DNA of 64,000 nucleotides, taken from an uncultured Eubacteriales bacterium (lineage in GTDB: Bacteria > Actinomycetota > Coriobacteriia > Anaerosomatales > JAAXUF01). A program made the translations under genes and the position numbers. This document shows positions 1-9,965 of the stretch, in pieces. The notes beneath the pieces were generated by a model. It saw only the letters and a list, made by a program, of their open reading frames with translations. It did not search any database and was not told where the DNA came from. Positions within the stretch are counted from its first letter, which is position 1; every line of letters begins with the position of its first letter. Location of the stretch: NCBI GenBank assembly GCA_964644675.1, contig CAZXWK010000006.1, positions 16,341 through 80,340 on the forward strand. Reading direction: 5' to 3'.

Positions 1-148
1 GGTCCTCGGCTCACCGCTTCGCTCCTGCGCCGCGAAGGGCGGCGGCGCAGACTCGCCGTGGACCCGCGCGCTCGGCTCGCCGGACTCCTCGGAAACCCTG
101 AAGGGCGGCCATCGCGCACTGTCGACACGTCTCGCGGCCGCACGCGCC

Positions 149-439
149 CTACCGCCGGCCGCCGCCTTTGAGCAACCGCTCAAACTCGCGCTTGTCCCAG
201 CCGGCCATGGCGCGGTCCCCGACCTGGATCACCGGCACGCCGCGCTGTCCGGTCATGAGCACCATCCGCTTGAGACCACGGCGGTCTCGCGTGACGTCGA
301 TCTCCGTGAACTCGAACCCCTTCTCGGCGAGGTAGCGCTTCGCGACCGTGCACCAGTGGCACGCGGGCGTCGTGTAGACGGTGATCCGTGGTGCTTCCCG
401 CCGAGAACCGCTCATCGTCCGCGTGCCGCCTTTCGCCAT
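149..439 (-). CDS. Glutaredoxin-like protein (NrdH/YruB type)
   Basis: ITVYTTPACHWC (CxxC) and cis-Pro segment GQRGVPVI. Start uncertain (ATG 439 or 415). Confidence 0.85.
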   Translation of the reverse strand: MAKGGTRTMSGSRREAPRITVYTTPACHWCTVAKRYLAEKGFEFTEIDVTRDRRGLKRMVLMTGQRGVPVIQVGDRAMAGWDKREFERLLKGGGRR

Positions 440-553
440 GTTGCGGGAACCGTTTGGAGTGGACGCTTGACACCGCAGGTATGATAGCCGACGGCCCTGA
501 AGCCGCCGCAACGCTCGCGTCTGTAGCGAGCTCGAACCGAGGAGTCTCTACCA

Positions 554-1945
554 GTGAGTTCCCACGACTACGACGTCGTCATCGTCGGTGCCGGTCCCGC
601 CGGCATCTTCGCCGCGCTCGAACTCGTCCGTTCGGGCGTGACCGACATCCTCATCGTCGAGAAGGGCCACGCGATCGCCAAGCGCCGGTGCCCTGCGCGG
701 CGCACCTCGTGCGTCGGCTGCAAGACCTGCGACATCATGACCGGATGGGGCGGCGCGGGCGCATTCTCGGACGGCAAGCTCACGCTCACCACCGAGGTCG
801 GGGGGTGGCTGCCGGACTTCATCGCCAAGCCTGAGCTCGAGGAGCTCGTGGACTACACCGACAGGCTCTGGCTCGACTTCGGCGCGACCACCGAGGTGCA
901 CGGTCCCGACACCGCGACCGCCGCCGAGCTCGAGCGCGAGGCGACGCTTGCGGGCATGAAGCTCCTCCCGATGAACATCCGCCACCTGGGCACCGACCGC
1001 TCGCCCGAGGTGCTCGACGCCATGCGGGTCTCGCTCGAGGCGTCCGGCGTCACCGTGCGCACCGAGATCGCCGCCGCCCGCATCCTCGCCGAGAACGGCC
1101 GCGCCACCGGTGTCGAGCTCGCTGACGGCGAGGTCGTCTCGGCGGGGGCGGTCATCGCCGCGCCGGGGCGCGAGGGGGCCGACTGGCTCGCCGAGCAGGC
1201 CCACGCGCTAGGCCTGACGCTCGTCAACAACGCGGTCGACATCGGCGTGCGCGTCGAGTGCCCGGCGCCCATAATGCAGCGGCTCACCGACGCGCTGTAC
1301 GAAGCCAAGCTCGTCTACCACACCAAGGCGTTCGGCGACACGGTCCGCACCTTCTGCATGAACCCGTACGGCGAGGTCACCACCGAGAGCTACGGCGACG
1401 TCGTCACCGTCAACGGCCACAGCTACGCCGAGAGCAAGACGCCCTACACAAACTTCGCGGTACTCGTGAGCCAGCGCTTCACCGAGCCGTTCCGAGATCC
1501 GATCACGTACGGCCGCTCGATCGCCAAGCTCGCGAACCTGCTGGGCGACGGCATCCTGGTGCAGCGGCTCGCCGACCTCAAGGCCGGCCGCCGCTCGACG
1601 CCCGAGCGCATCGCGCAGTCGCTCGCCGAGCCCACGCTCGCCCACGCGACTCCGGGCGATCTCTCGGCGGTGCTGCCCTACCGCCACTTGACCGACATCA
1701 TCGAGTTCCTCGACGCGATGGAGCCGCTCGCGCCCGGCATCTCGGGGTCCAGCACACTGCTCTATGGCGTCGAGGTGAAGTTCTACAGCTCGCGTCTCGA
1801 GGTGTCGCCGAACCTCGAGACAGCCGTGAGCGGCCTGTACGCGATCGGGGACGGCGCGGGCATCACGCGCGGCCTCGTGCAGTCGAGCGCGAGCGGGGTG
1901 GTCGCGGCGCGCGCGGTGCTCGCTACTCGCCGAGCTGCTTCCTGA
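554..1945 (+). CDS. NAD(P)/FAD-dependent oxidoreductase with N-terminal Cys cluster (COG2509-like)
   Basis: VVIVGAGPAG Rossmann motif, CPARRTSCVGCKTC Cys cluster, GGAGAFSDGKL, C-terminal GLYAIGDGAG. RBS AGGAG before GTG. Confidence 0.85.
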   Translation: MSSHDYDVVIVGAGPAGIFAALELVRSGVTDILIVEKGHAIAKRRCPARRTSCVGCKTCDIMTGWGGAGAFSDGKLTLTTEVGGWLPDFIAKPELEELVDYTDRLWLDFGATTEVHGPDTATAAELEREATLAGMKLLPMNIRHLGTDRSPEVLDAMRVSLEASGVTVRTEIAAARILAENGRATGVELADGEVVSAGAVIAAPGREGADWLAEQAHALGLTLVNNAVDIGVRVECPAPIMQRLTDALYEAKLVYHTKAFGDTVRTFCMNPYGEVTTESYGDVVTVNGHSYAESKTPYTNFAVLVSQRFTEPFRDPITYGRSIAKLANLLGDGILVQRLADLKAGRRSTPERIAQSLAEPTLAHATPGDLSAVLPYRHLTDIIEFLDAMEPLAPGISGSSTLLYGVEVKFYSSRLEVSPNLETAVSGLYAIGDGAGITRGLVQSSASGVVAARAVLATRRAAS

Positions 1946-3044
1946 AGCTGGTCACCGCCGCGGTGAAGATCACGGTCGCGAACAGCGCCATGGCGAGAAG
2001 CGGCTGCCACAGGTCCGGGATCGACGTGCCCTTCAGGTACGCGCTCCGCATCGCGACGATCGAATAGCGCAGGGGGATGAGGTAGGTCAGCGGCACGATC
2101 TCGGCCGGCATGGACTCGATCGGGAAGATGAAGCCCGACAACACGATCATCGGCAGGAAGATGAACATGATCGTCTGTTGGGCCTGCTGTTGGTTGCGCG
2201 ACACGAGCGACACGAGCAGTCCGATTCCGATTGAGGTCAGCAGGAACAGCGACAGCGTCACGGCGACCGTGAGCACGCTGCCGTTGAACGGCACGCGGAA
2301 CCACACGCTCCCTACGAAGGCGATGAAGCTCGCCTGGATGACGGCGATCCCGGCGTAGGGGAGCACCTTCCCCAGCAGGTACTCTCCGCGCGTGATGGGC
2401 GTGACGAGCATCTGCTCGAGGGTGCCTCGTGCCCGTTCGCGCACCACCGCCTGGCTCATGACGCTGCCCACCGAGAGCAGCAGGATCGTCACCATCAGCC
2501 CCGGGATGGTCGCGTTGACGGCCTTGAGCGAGGGGTTGAAGACCACCCGGACGCGTGCGTCGATGCCTGGCGCCCGGGCCTGCTTCGCGGCCAGGCCGAG
2601 CGTGCGCTGGTTGAACTCCGCGACGATCTGCGCGGCGTACCCGCTCGCGACCGCAGCCGTCTTGGAGTCGGCTCCGTCGACGACGATCCCGATCGGCACC
2701 GTGCGGCCGGCCGTGACCGAGTCGGCCATCCCGGCTGGAACGACCAGCGCGAGGCCGACCCCGCCCTGGTCGATGAGCGGGCCGAGCTGCGACTCGTCGT
2801 CGAGCCGGTTCACGACCACGAAGTAGCCGCTCGACGAGAACGAACTGACGAGCTGCCGCGAGAGCGCGGTCTTGTCGTGGTCGACCACGATCATCGGGAC
2901 GTTGCGTACGTCGGAGCCGACGACGTAGCCGAACAGCAGCAGCTGCAGAATCGGCATCACGAAGATGAGGGGGAGCAGCAGCCGGTCGCGCCGGAGCTGA
3001 AGCAGCTCCTTCCACATCACCAGTCGCAGGCGGCGGAGACTCAT
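1923..3044 (-). CDS. ABC-2 type transporter permease (YbhR-like)
   Basis: MWKELLQLRRD N-terminus, ERARGTLEQMLVTP, LSGFIFPIESMP. ATGA overlap with the upstream gene. Confidence 0.9.
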   Translation of the reverse strand: MSLRRLRLVMWKELLQLRRDRLLLPLIFVMPILQLLLFGYVVGSDVRNVPMIVVDHDKTALSRQLVSSFSSSGYFVVVNRLDDESQLGPLIDQGGVGLALVVPAGMADSVTAGRTVPIGIVVDGADSKTAAVASGYAAQIVAEFNQRTLGLAAKQARAPGIDARVRVVFNPSLKAVNATIPGLMVTILLLSVGSVMSQAVVRERARGTLEQMLVTPITRGEYLLGKVLPYAGIAVIQASFIAFVGSVWFRVPFNGSVLTVAVTLSLFLLTSIGIGLLVSLVSRNQQQAQQTIMFIFLPMIVLSGFIFPIESMPAEIVPLTYLIPLRYSIVAMRSAYLKGTSIPDLWQPLLAMALFATVIFTAAVTSFRKQLGE

Positions 3045-4216
3045 TCGAGCCCCCTGCGCCGATGGAGGAAGGTCGCGAGTGCGAGACCTATCGCCGCGTA
3101 CGCGAGCAGCTGCAGGACGAGCGCGCCCAGAGCGGGCCACCCCGTGCCGCGCAGGAACACCCCGCGCGAGATGTCGATCATGTACCGGGCCGGGAACAGG
3201 AACGATGCCCCCTGCAGCAGTGGTGGGACCGAGGAGAGCGGGAACGCCATCCCCGAGAGCATGAAGCCGGGGAGCAGCGAGATGAGCAGCCCGATGAGGT
3301 TCGCCGATTCGATACTGGGCGCAACCGCCGAGATGACCAGGCCGATCGACAGCGCGCACAGGATGAAGAGGAACATGCCGACGGCGAGTACCGTGATGTC
3401 GCCGCGGAGCGGAACCCGGAACACGCCCATCGCCACGATCGAGATGCCAATGGTGTCGATGAACCCCAGCAGCGCCCAGGGCAACACCTTGCCCACTATG
3501 AGCTCACCGTCGGTGAGCGGGGACTCGAGCAGCTGCTCGAGCGTGCCGGACTCGCGCTCCTTGACCAAGGTGACGGCTGTCTGCTGGACGGTCACGATCA
3601 TGATGATGACCACCATCAGTCCCGGCACGAGGAAGTCCGCGCTCTTGCCCTCGGGGTTGTACCAGGTGCGTATCCTGGGCTCGAGCAGCCCCGCGCCTTG
3701 GAGTGATGCTCCGCGAGCTGCCGCCCAGGACACGAGCGATGCCTGGTTCAGCCGGTTGTTCAGCGCGACCGCGTACGCCTGCCCCAACTGGGCCGACGTC
3801 GGCTCGCTCCCGTCGACCAGCACCGCGACGTCACCCTTGCCGCCTCCGGCGATCGTCCGTGCGAACCCGTCCGCCACCACGACGGCCACGCGCGCCTGAC
3901 CACGGTCGAAAGCCCGATACACCTCGTCCATCGAGCTCACCGCGCCCGTGACCGTGAAGAACCCCGACTGCCCGAACGCGTCGACGTATGCCCGACTGGC
4001 GGCCGTGTGGTCGAGGTCGAGCACGACCGCCGGTACGTTGCGGACGTCGAAGCTGATCGCATACGCGAAGAGCAGGAGCTGGACCAGGGGAAGCAGGAGC
4101 ACCGCCACGATCATGCGCCAGTCACGCCCGATGTGGACGAATTCCTTGCGCGCGATGGCGGCGATCCGAGAGGCCGAGCCTCTCGCATGGGACCGTCGAC
4201 CGATGTGCGCTGACAT
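3041..4216 (-). CDS. ABC-2 type transporter permease (YbhS-like)
   Basis: IARKEFVHIGRD, RTWYNP, ERESGTLEQLLESP, LSGMAFPL. Confidence 0.9.
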   Translation of the reverse strand: MSAHIGRRSHARGSASRIAAIARKEFVHIGRDWRMIVAVLLLPLVQLLLFAYAISFDVRNVPAVVLDLDHTAASRAYVDAFGQSGFFTVTGAVSSMDEVYRAFDRGQARVAVVVADGFARTIAGGGKGDVAVLVDGSEPTSAQLGQAYAVALNNRLNQASLVSWAAARGASLQGAGLLEPRIRTWYNPEGKSADFLVPGLMVVIIMIVTVQQTAVTLVKERESGTLEQLLESPLTDGELIVGKVLPWALLGFIDTIGISIVAMGVFRVPLRGDITVLAVGMFLFILCALSIGLVISAVAPSIESANLIGLLISLLPGFMLSGMAFPLSSVPPLLQGASFLFPARYMIDISRGVFLRGTGWPALGALVLQLLAYAAIGLALATFLHRRRGLE

Positions 4217-4226
4217 CCGGATCCCC

Positions 4227-4865
4227 CTAGCCGCTGGCGCCGTCTCCCCAGCCCATCATGAGCGAGATCGCGTCCACGATGGCGTCGTCGTGCTGTGTCT
4301 CGAAGAACATCGACGTCATCGTGTAGCCGACGACCATGCTCATGAACGCGCGCACCTTGGCCTCGAGATCGTCGGGTGCCCGCCGGATGCCGAAGAACGA
4401 GTCGACGTGCGGCACGAACGTCCGCACGTTCTCGACCATCGCCTGGCCGAACTTCTCGCGGAACACCAGGCGCATGGAACGGTTGTGGGGAGCGGCGTTC
4501 ATGAGCGTGCTCATGATGTTGCGGCCCTCACCCATCTCGGTGCGGCGCATGTGCAGCAGGTTCACGAGCGAGCTGCGCAGGCTCTCGGGCTGTACCTCGG
4601 CGAGTCTGCGCCGTGCTTCGCCGGTGATATGCTCGCCCGCCGTCGACACCAGGTCGAGCAGCAGCGCCTCCTTGCCGGCGTAGTGGCGGTAGAGCGCGGG
4701 CTCGGTGACGCCCACCCGCGACGCGATGTCGCGCATGGTACCGCCCTCGTAGCCCTTCTCGGAGAAGACCGCGAGCGCGGCGTCCAGGATCTCGCCTCGG
4801 CGGCCCTCGATGAACTCGCTGAAGTAGGCGTCAGGCGGGCCGGGTGCCGTCATGTCGTGAATCAT
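4227..4865 (-). CDS. TetR/AcrR family transcriptional regulator
   Basis: ILDAALAVFSEKGYEGGTMRDIASRVGVTEPALYRHY helix-turn-helix. Start taken at the ATGA overlap (alternative 4853). Confidence 0.92.
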   Translation of the reverse strand: MIHDMTAPGPPDAYFSEFIEGRRGEILDAALAVFSEKGYEGGTMRDIASRVGVTEPALYRHYAGKEALLLDLVSTAGEHITGEARRRLAEVQPESLRSSLVNLLHMRRTEMGEGRNIMSTLMNAAPHNRSMRLVFREKFGQAMVENVRTFVPHVDSFFGIRRAPDDLEAKVRAFMSMVVGYTMTSMFFETQHDDAIVDAISLMMGWGDGASG

Positions 4866-5857
4866 GCTCGGCCTCCCTGAGTACCGACCAGGTGGACGAA
4901 CGCGTCCTCGAGCGTCGGCTCGACCGGCTCCACGTGGTAGACGCGGAAGCCGGCGTTCTCCAGGTAGGGCTTCAGCTCGGCCTTCGCCGAGGCGGCCGCG
5001 CCCAGGTTCACGTTGATGAGGGAGCCCTGCATGTAGGCGTCGTCGACGGCCGGATGCTTTTGGAGTTCGGCGAGGGCCCCCTCGCCGTCGTCCACTTCGA
5101 GCTGGACGATCGTGTCGGCCGCGAGCGCGCCCTTGATCTCTTGCGGCGTGCCCGCCGCGATGATGTTGCCTCGGTAGATGAACGCGAGGCGGTTGCAGTG
5201 GGTCGCCTCGTCCATGTAGTGCGTCGTCACGAACAACGTGACGCCCTGATGCGCCAGGTCGTAGAGGAGCTCCCAGAACTGGCGGCGGGCGTTGGGGTCG
5301 ACGCCGGAGGTCGGCTCGTCGAGGAAGATGAGCTTGGGCTCGTGGATGGTCGCGCATCCTAGGGCGAGCCGCTGCTTCCATCCAACCGAGAGGTTGCCGG
5401 TGAGCTCGTCCTCCCGGCCCTCGAGGTCGGCCATCTTGAGGATGTAGGTGCGGCGCTCTTCGTACTTCTCGGCGGTCAGGCCATAGATGCCGGCGTAGAA
5501 CTTCAGGTTCTCGTCCACGGTCAGGTCCTGGAACAGCGAGAACTTCTGCGACATGTAGCCGATGTTCTCACGGACGCGCTCGGGCTCGTCGTCGATGTCG
5601 TAGCCCATGACGCGCGCCGACCCGGCGGTGGATTCGATGGTGCCGCACAGCATGCGGATCGTCGTGGTCTTGCCCGAGCCGTTGGGACCCAGGAACCCAA
5701 AGATCTCGCCCTGCTTCACATCGAGGTCGATCGAGTCCACGGCCACGAAATCGCCGAACTCCTTGCGCAGGCCGCGCACCAGGATCGCGTTGCCGTCCTC
5801 CATGTGAGGCTCGGCCTTCACCCGCGTCTTTGTCCAAGGCAGTGCCATGAGCGTCAC
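4862..5857 (-). CDS. ABC transporter ATP-binding protein
   Basis: Walker A GPNGSGKTT, signature LSVGWKQR, Walker B LIFLDEPT. Start may be 5848 or 5803. Confidence 0.92.
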   Translation of the reverse strand: MTLMALPWTKTRVKAEPHMEDGNAILVRGLRKEFGDFVAVDSIDLDVKQGEIFGFLGPNGSGKTTTIRMLCGTIESTAGSARVMGYDIDDEPERVRENIGYMSQKFSLFQDLTVDENLKFYAGIYGLTAEKYEERRTYILKMADLEGREDELTGNLSVGWKQRLALGCATIHEPKLIFLDEPTSGVDPNARRQFWELLYDLAHQGVTLFVTTHYMDEATHCNRLAFIYRGNIIAAGTPQEIKGALAADTIVQLEVDDGEGALAELQKHPAVDDAYMQGSLINVNLGAAASAKAELKPYLENAGFRVYHVEPVEPTLEDAFVHLVGTQGGRA

Positions 5858-5863
5858 TCTCTG

Positions 5864-6994
5864 TCAGTCGTTGAGCTGCTTGCGGAACCGGGTGAGCCCG
5901 AACACGAAGATCGCCACCGAGAAGACCGCCATCGCCAGGAACTGCGGCCAGAGGGCGGCGAACCCGGAACCCTTGAGGAAGTTGGAGCGGACGATCACCA
6001 GGATGTAGCGCAGTGGGATGAGGAACGTGAGGATGTAGAGCCACTTGGGGAACGCGTCGATCGGGAACATGAAGCCGCCCAGCATCATCGACGGCATCTG
6101 CATGAACATGGCGGTCTGCTGCGCCTGCTGCCGCGTGCGCGACATGAGTGACACGATCATGCCCAGCCCGAGCGCGCTCAACATGAAGAGCATCAGCCCG
6201 GACAGCAGCACTGCGAGCGAACCGCGGAACGGCACCCGGAACCACGTCACGCCGACGACGAACGTGACGGCGACCTGCACGAATGCGATCCCGATGTAGG
6301 GTATGAGCTTGCCGAGCAGGTAGTCGGTCCGCCCGATGGGCGTGACGAAGAGCTGCTCGAGCGTGCCACGCTCGCGCTCCTTCACGATCGCCTGGCTCAT
6401 GAGGTTCTGCGTCGACATGAGCAGGATGAACGCGAGCAGCGCCGGCACCATGGTGTTCACGGCGCGCATCGTCGGGTTGTAGAGCACCCGGACGCGTGCG
6501 TCCACGCCCAGTGGCACGGCCTTCCCGGGCGCCGCGTTGGGCAGCGCGTAGAACTGGCTGCTCAGGCTCGAGATGATCCCGGACGCGTACCCGGCCGCGA
6601 CTTGGCTGTTGCGGCTGTCGGACCCGTCGATGACGACCCCGATCTGCGCCGGTCGCCGGGCCTTGATGGAGTCGCCGAGCCCTTTGGGGATCTCGATCGC
6701 GATGACCGCGACGCTCCCGTCGAGCGCGTCTTTGACTCCCGCCTCGCTCGTCGGCCGCGCTACGACCGTGAAGTACCCGGAGCTGGTGAAGGCGTCGACC
6801 ACCTGGCGCGACTGCACCGTGTTGTCCTGGTCGTAGACGGCAAGGCTGAGGTTGCGCACGTCCGAGCCCACCACGTAGCCGAAGAGGATGAGCTGCAGCA
6901 CCGGCATGACCAGCAGGAGCGGCAGCATCGCCTTGTCACGCCTGACCTGCTGGAATTCCTTCCAGATGAGGATGCGGATCCGGTTCCACGACAT
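5864..6994 (-). CDS. ABC-2 type transporter permease (YbhR-like)
   Basis: IWKEFQQVRRD, ERERGTLEQLFVTP. Paralog of 1923..3044. Confidence 0.9.
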   Translation of the reverse strand: MSWNRIRILIWKEFQQVRRDKAMLPLLLVMPVLQLILFGYVVGSDVRNLSLAVYDQDNTVQSRQVVDAFTSSGYFTVVARPTSEAGVKDALDGSVAVIAIEIPKGLGDSIKARRPAQIGVVIDGSDSRNSQVAAGYASGIISSLSSQFYALPNAAPGKAVPLGVDARVRVLYNPTMRAVNTMVPALLAFILLMSTQNLMSQAIVKERERGTLEQLFVTPIGRTDYLLGKLIPYIGIAFVQVAVTFVVGVTWFRVPFRGSLAVLLSGLMLFMLSALGLGMIVSLMSRTRQQAQQTAMFMQMPSMMLGGFMFPIDAFPKWLYILTFLIPLRYILVIVRSNFLKGSGFAALWPQFLAMAVFSVAIFVFGLTRFRKQLND

Positions 6995-7000
6995 CCGCGC

Positions 7001-8131
7001 TCACGCCCTCTCTCGGTAGAGTGCCGCCGAGAGGACCGTGATGACCACGGCGAAGATGGCCAGCGCAGCGACCTGGGGCCAGAGCACTCGAGGGTCGCCA
7101 CCCTTGAGGAAGACCGTCCGCGTGATGACCATGAAGTAGCGCGCCGGGAAGAAGTACGACACGAACTGCAGCGCCCAGGGCAGGCTCGAGATGGGGAAGA
7201 CGAAGCCCGAGAGCATGAAGGTCGGCAGGAAGCTCACGAGTGCACCCAGCTGGTTCGCGGTGTCCACCGAGGTCGCCCGCGCCGAGACCATCAGGCCGAT
7301 GCCCAACGTGCAAATCACGTAGAGGACGCTCGAGAGCACGAAGAGCGGGACCGATCCTCGGAATGGGATCCGGAACACGAGGATTCCGATGAGCGAGATG
7401 ATCACGATGTCGAGACCGCCGATGAACGCCCACGGCGCGATCTTGCCCACCATCAGCTCGATGCGCCGGATCGGCGAGACGATGAGCTGTTCGTACGTGC
7501 CCATCTCTTTCTCTCGGACCAAGGTGTTCGCGGTCTGCAACACGGTGACCATCGTGACCAGAACCACGATGAGCCCGGGCACGAAGTAGTACGCGGACTT
7601 GCCCTCGGGGTTGTACCAGGTGCGCGTCGTCGACGTCAGGCCTCCGACGCTCGTGGCGACGTTGACGCCCTTGGCCTCGTACTGCTTGATCGCCACCTTC
7701 GCCCCGAACAGGCGGGACAGCGCGCCCGCGTAGGTCTGCGCCACCTGCGCCGAGCTCGAGTCGGATCCGTCCACGAGCACCTGAACCGCTCCCGCGCGAC
7801 CGCCGGCTACGTCCTGGCCGAACCCGTTGCCCACGACGACGACGACCTTGGCCTCGTTGCTCTCGAGGACTGCGTCGACCTCGGCGTAGTTGTTGAGCAC
7901 CCGGTCGACCTGGAAGTAGTTCGACTGCTGGAGCGCCGTGATGTACTGACGGCTCTGTGCGGTGTGGTCGAGGTCCAGCGCCGCCGTCGGCAAGTGCTTC
8001 ACGTCGAACGAGAGCGCGTAGCTGTACAGGAACAGCTGGATGAGCGGCATCACCAGGATGACGCCCAGCAGCCGCTTGTCCCGCATGATGTGGATGAACT
8101 CTTTGCGGGCGATGGCGAGGACGCGACGCAC
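7001..8131 (-). CDS. ABC-2 type transporter permease (YbhS-like)
   Basis: IARKEFIHIMRD, RTWYNPEGKS, EKEMGTYEQLIVSP. Paralog of 3041..4216. Confidence 0.9.
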   Translation of the reverse strand: MRRVLAIARKEFIHIMRDKRLLGVILVMPLIQLFLYSYALSFDVKHLPTAALDLDHTAQSRQYITALQQSNYFQVDRVLNNYAEVDAVLESNEAKVVVVVGNGFGQDVAGGRAGAVQVLVDGSDSSSAQVAQTYAGALSRLFGAKVAIKQYEAKGVNVATSVGGLTSTTRTWYNPEGKSAYYFVPGLIVVLVTMVTVLQTANTLVREKEMGTYEQLIVSPIRRIELMVGKIAPWAFIGGLDIVIISLIGILVFRIPFRGSVPLFVLSSVLYVICTLGIGLMVSARATSVDTANQLGALVSFLPTFMLSGFVFPISSLPWALQFVSYFFPARYFMVITRTVFLKGGDPRVLWPQVAALAIFAVVITVLSAALYRERA

Positions 8132-9126
8132 TACTCGGCCACCCCCAGGATGCTCTCGTCGTCCGAGCCGACGAGTTCACCGGCGCCCGGTATGAGCGTC
8201 GCGAACGCCATCTCCAGATCGGTCGGGGACGGGTGCATGTGCGCGACCGTGAACCCTGCGTTCTCGAGCGCTTCACGAAGCTCGTCCTCGCACTCGTCCT
8301 CGCCGACGCATTCCTGCACGAGCACGCGCAGCACCTCGCCGGACACCTCGACGCTCGACACGAACGTGAGGGCGCGGACGATCTCCATGGCCTGGCGATA
8401 GCGGTCGACCGCGACCTCGATCACGCGCCCCGGCACGCGCCTCTTCATCCCGGCGGGAGTGTCGCGCAGGATGATGCGGCCCTGCGTCATGAACGCGATC
8501 TCGTCGCAGCGGTCGGCTTCGTCCATGTACGGCGTGGCGACGAACACGGTGATCCCTTGCCGGTGCAGGTCGCTGATGATGCGCCAGAACTCCCGACGCG
8601 ACACGGGGTCGACGCCCGTGGTGGGCTCGTCGAGGAAGAGCAGGTCGGGCTCGCTGATGAGCGTGGCCGCCAGCGCGAGCTTCTGCTTCATGCCTCCCGA
8701 CAGGTACTGCGCCTGCCGGTCGCCGAATTCCGTGAGCCCCGAGAACTCGAGCAGCCTGGCGGAGCGCTCGGCCATCTCCGCACGAGGGACGCCCCTGAGC
8801 TCGGCGAAGAAGTTCAGGTTCTCCTGCACGGTCAGGTCGCCGTAGAGCGAGAACGCCTGCGACATGTAGCCGATTCGCGGCTTGACCGCATGCGGGTCGG
8901 TGGTGACCGAGTGGCCGAAGACCAGCGCGTCGCCCGATGTCGGCGTGAGGACGGTCGCCAACATGCGGATGAGGGTCGACTTGCCCGCGCCGTCCGGCCC
9001 GACAAGGCCGAACACCTCGCCGCGCGGGATGGTCATCGAGACGCCGTCGACCGCCGTGACCGACTTGAATTCGCGCCGGACGTCACGGATTTCGATCGCG
9101 ACCTCTGTCGGGGCCGCGTCGGTCAC
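8131..9126 (-). CDS. ABC transporter ATP-binding protein
   Basis: Walker A GPDGAGKST, LSGGMKQK, LLFLDEPTTGVDP. Confidence 0.92.
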   Translation of the reverse strand: MTDAAPTEVAIEIRDVRREFKSVTAVDGVSMTIPRGEVFGLVGPDGAGKSTLIRMLATVLTPTSGDALVFGHSVTTDPHAVKPRIGYMSQAFSLYGDLTVQENLNFFAELRGVPRAEMAERSARLLEFSGLTEFGDRQAQYLSGGMKQKLALAATLISEPDLLFLDEPTTGVDPVSRREFWRIISDLHRQGITVFVATPYMDEADRCDEIAFMTQGRIILRDTPAGMKRRVPGRVIEVAVDRYRQAMEIVRALTFVSSVEVSGEVLRVLVQECVGEDECEDELREALENAGFTVAHMHPSPTDLEMAFATLIPGAGELVGSDDESILGVAE

Positions 9127-9899
9127 TGAAGCACCACGTCAGCTGGCATGCCGGCCTTCAGCGCCGAGTCGGGATCGGTGATGCGGCACTTGACCTGATA
9201 GACGAGCTTGACGCGCTGGTCCTTGGTCTCGATCGAGGCGGGAGTGAACTCCGCTTGGGAACCGATGAAGGAGACCTCGACGTTGTAGGCCTTGGTGGTG
9301 GAGTCGGTGGTCAGCTTTCCCTTCTGGCCGATCTTCACCTCGCCGATGCGGTCCTCGGCGATGTAGATGGTGACGGTGAGCTGGGACGGGTCGCTCACGA
9401 CGGCGAGGGTGTTTCCCGGGACCGCATTCTCTCCCACGTTCGCGACCACGTTCGCGAGCGTTCCGTCGATCGGCGAGGCGATCGTCGCATAGCCGACTTG
9501 GACCTCGGCCATCTTCACCGCGATGACCGCCTGCTCGAGCTGCGCCCGGGCGGCGGCCTTCTCGGCCTTGGTCGAGCCGCTGTCGTCCTTGACGTGCTTG
9601 TAGTTGGCCGCGGCGGCGCGCTCGGCGGCTCTTGCCTGGTCAACCGTCAGTTGAGCGGTCGTCGGGTCGAGACGGTAGAGCACGTCACCCTTCTTCACGG
9701 GTACGCCTTCGTTGGGTGGGGCCTCGACGATGCGCCCTGTGGTCTGGGGGGTGACGGCGACCTGTTCGGTCTCGATCGTCCCCGATCCGCCCAGCACCCG
9801 CGACGCCGCGCCGCCGTCGCCGTAGAAGCGCTGGTAGGCGACGTAGCCGCCGACGGCCACCGCCACGATCAGAACGATCAGCGCGATCCTCTTGCCCAT
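9123..9899 (-). CDS. HlyD family periplasmic adaptor / membrane fusion protein (YbhG-like)
   Basis: N-terminal anchor, GVPVKKGDVLYRLD lipoyl-like motif, IASPIDG, AEFTPASIETKDQRVKLVY, LKAGMPADV. Confidence 0.88.
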   Translation of the reverse strand: MGKRIALIVLIVAVAVGGYVAYQRFYGDGGAASRVLGGSGTIETEQVAVTPQTTGRIVEAPPNEGVPVKKGDVLYRLDPTTAQLTVDQARAAERAAAANYKHVKDDSGSTKAEKAAARAQLEQAVIAVKMAEVQVGYATIASPIDGTLANVVANVGENAVPGNTLAVVSDPSQLTVTIYIAEDRIGEVKIGQKGKLTTDSTTKAYNVEVSFIGSQAEFTPASIETKDQRVKLVYQVKCRITDPDSALKAGMPADVVLQ

Positions 9900-9965
9900 G
9901 TCCTCAACGCTCCTGTCCTCGGTGCCGCAGGTCGTCACTCAGCCCGCCATCAGGGCGAGCGGTGG

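Noticed and set aside
467-485. Consensus TTGACA/TATGAT promoter
   Set aside because: The spacer is only 7 nt, so the two hexamers cannot belong to one sigma70 promoter.
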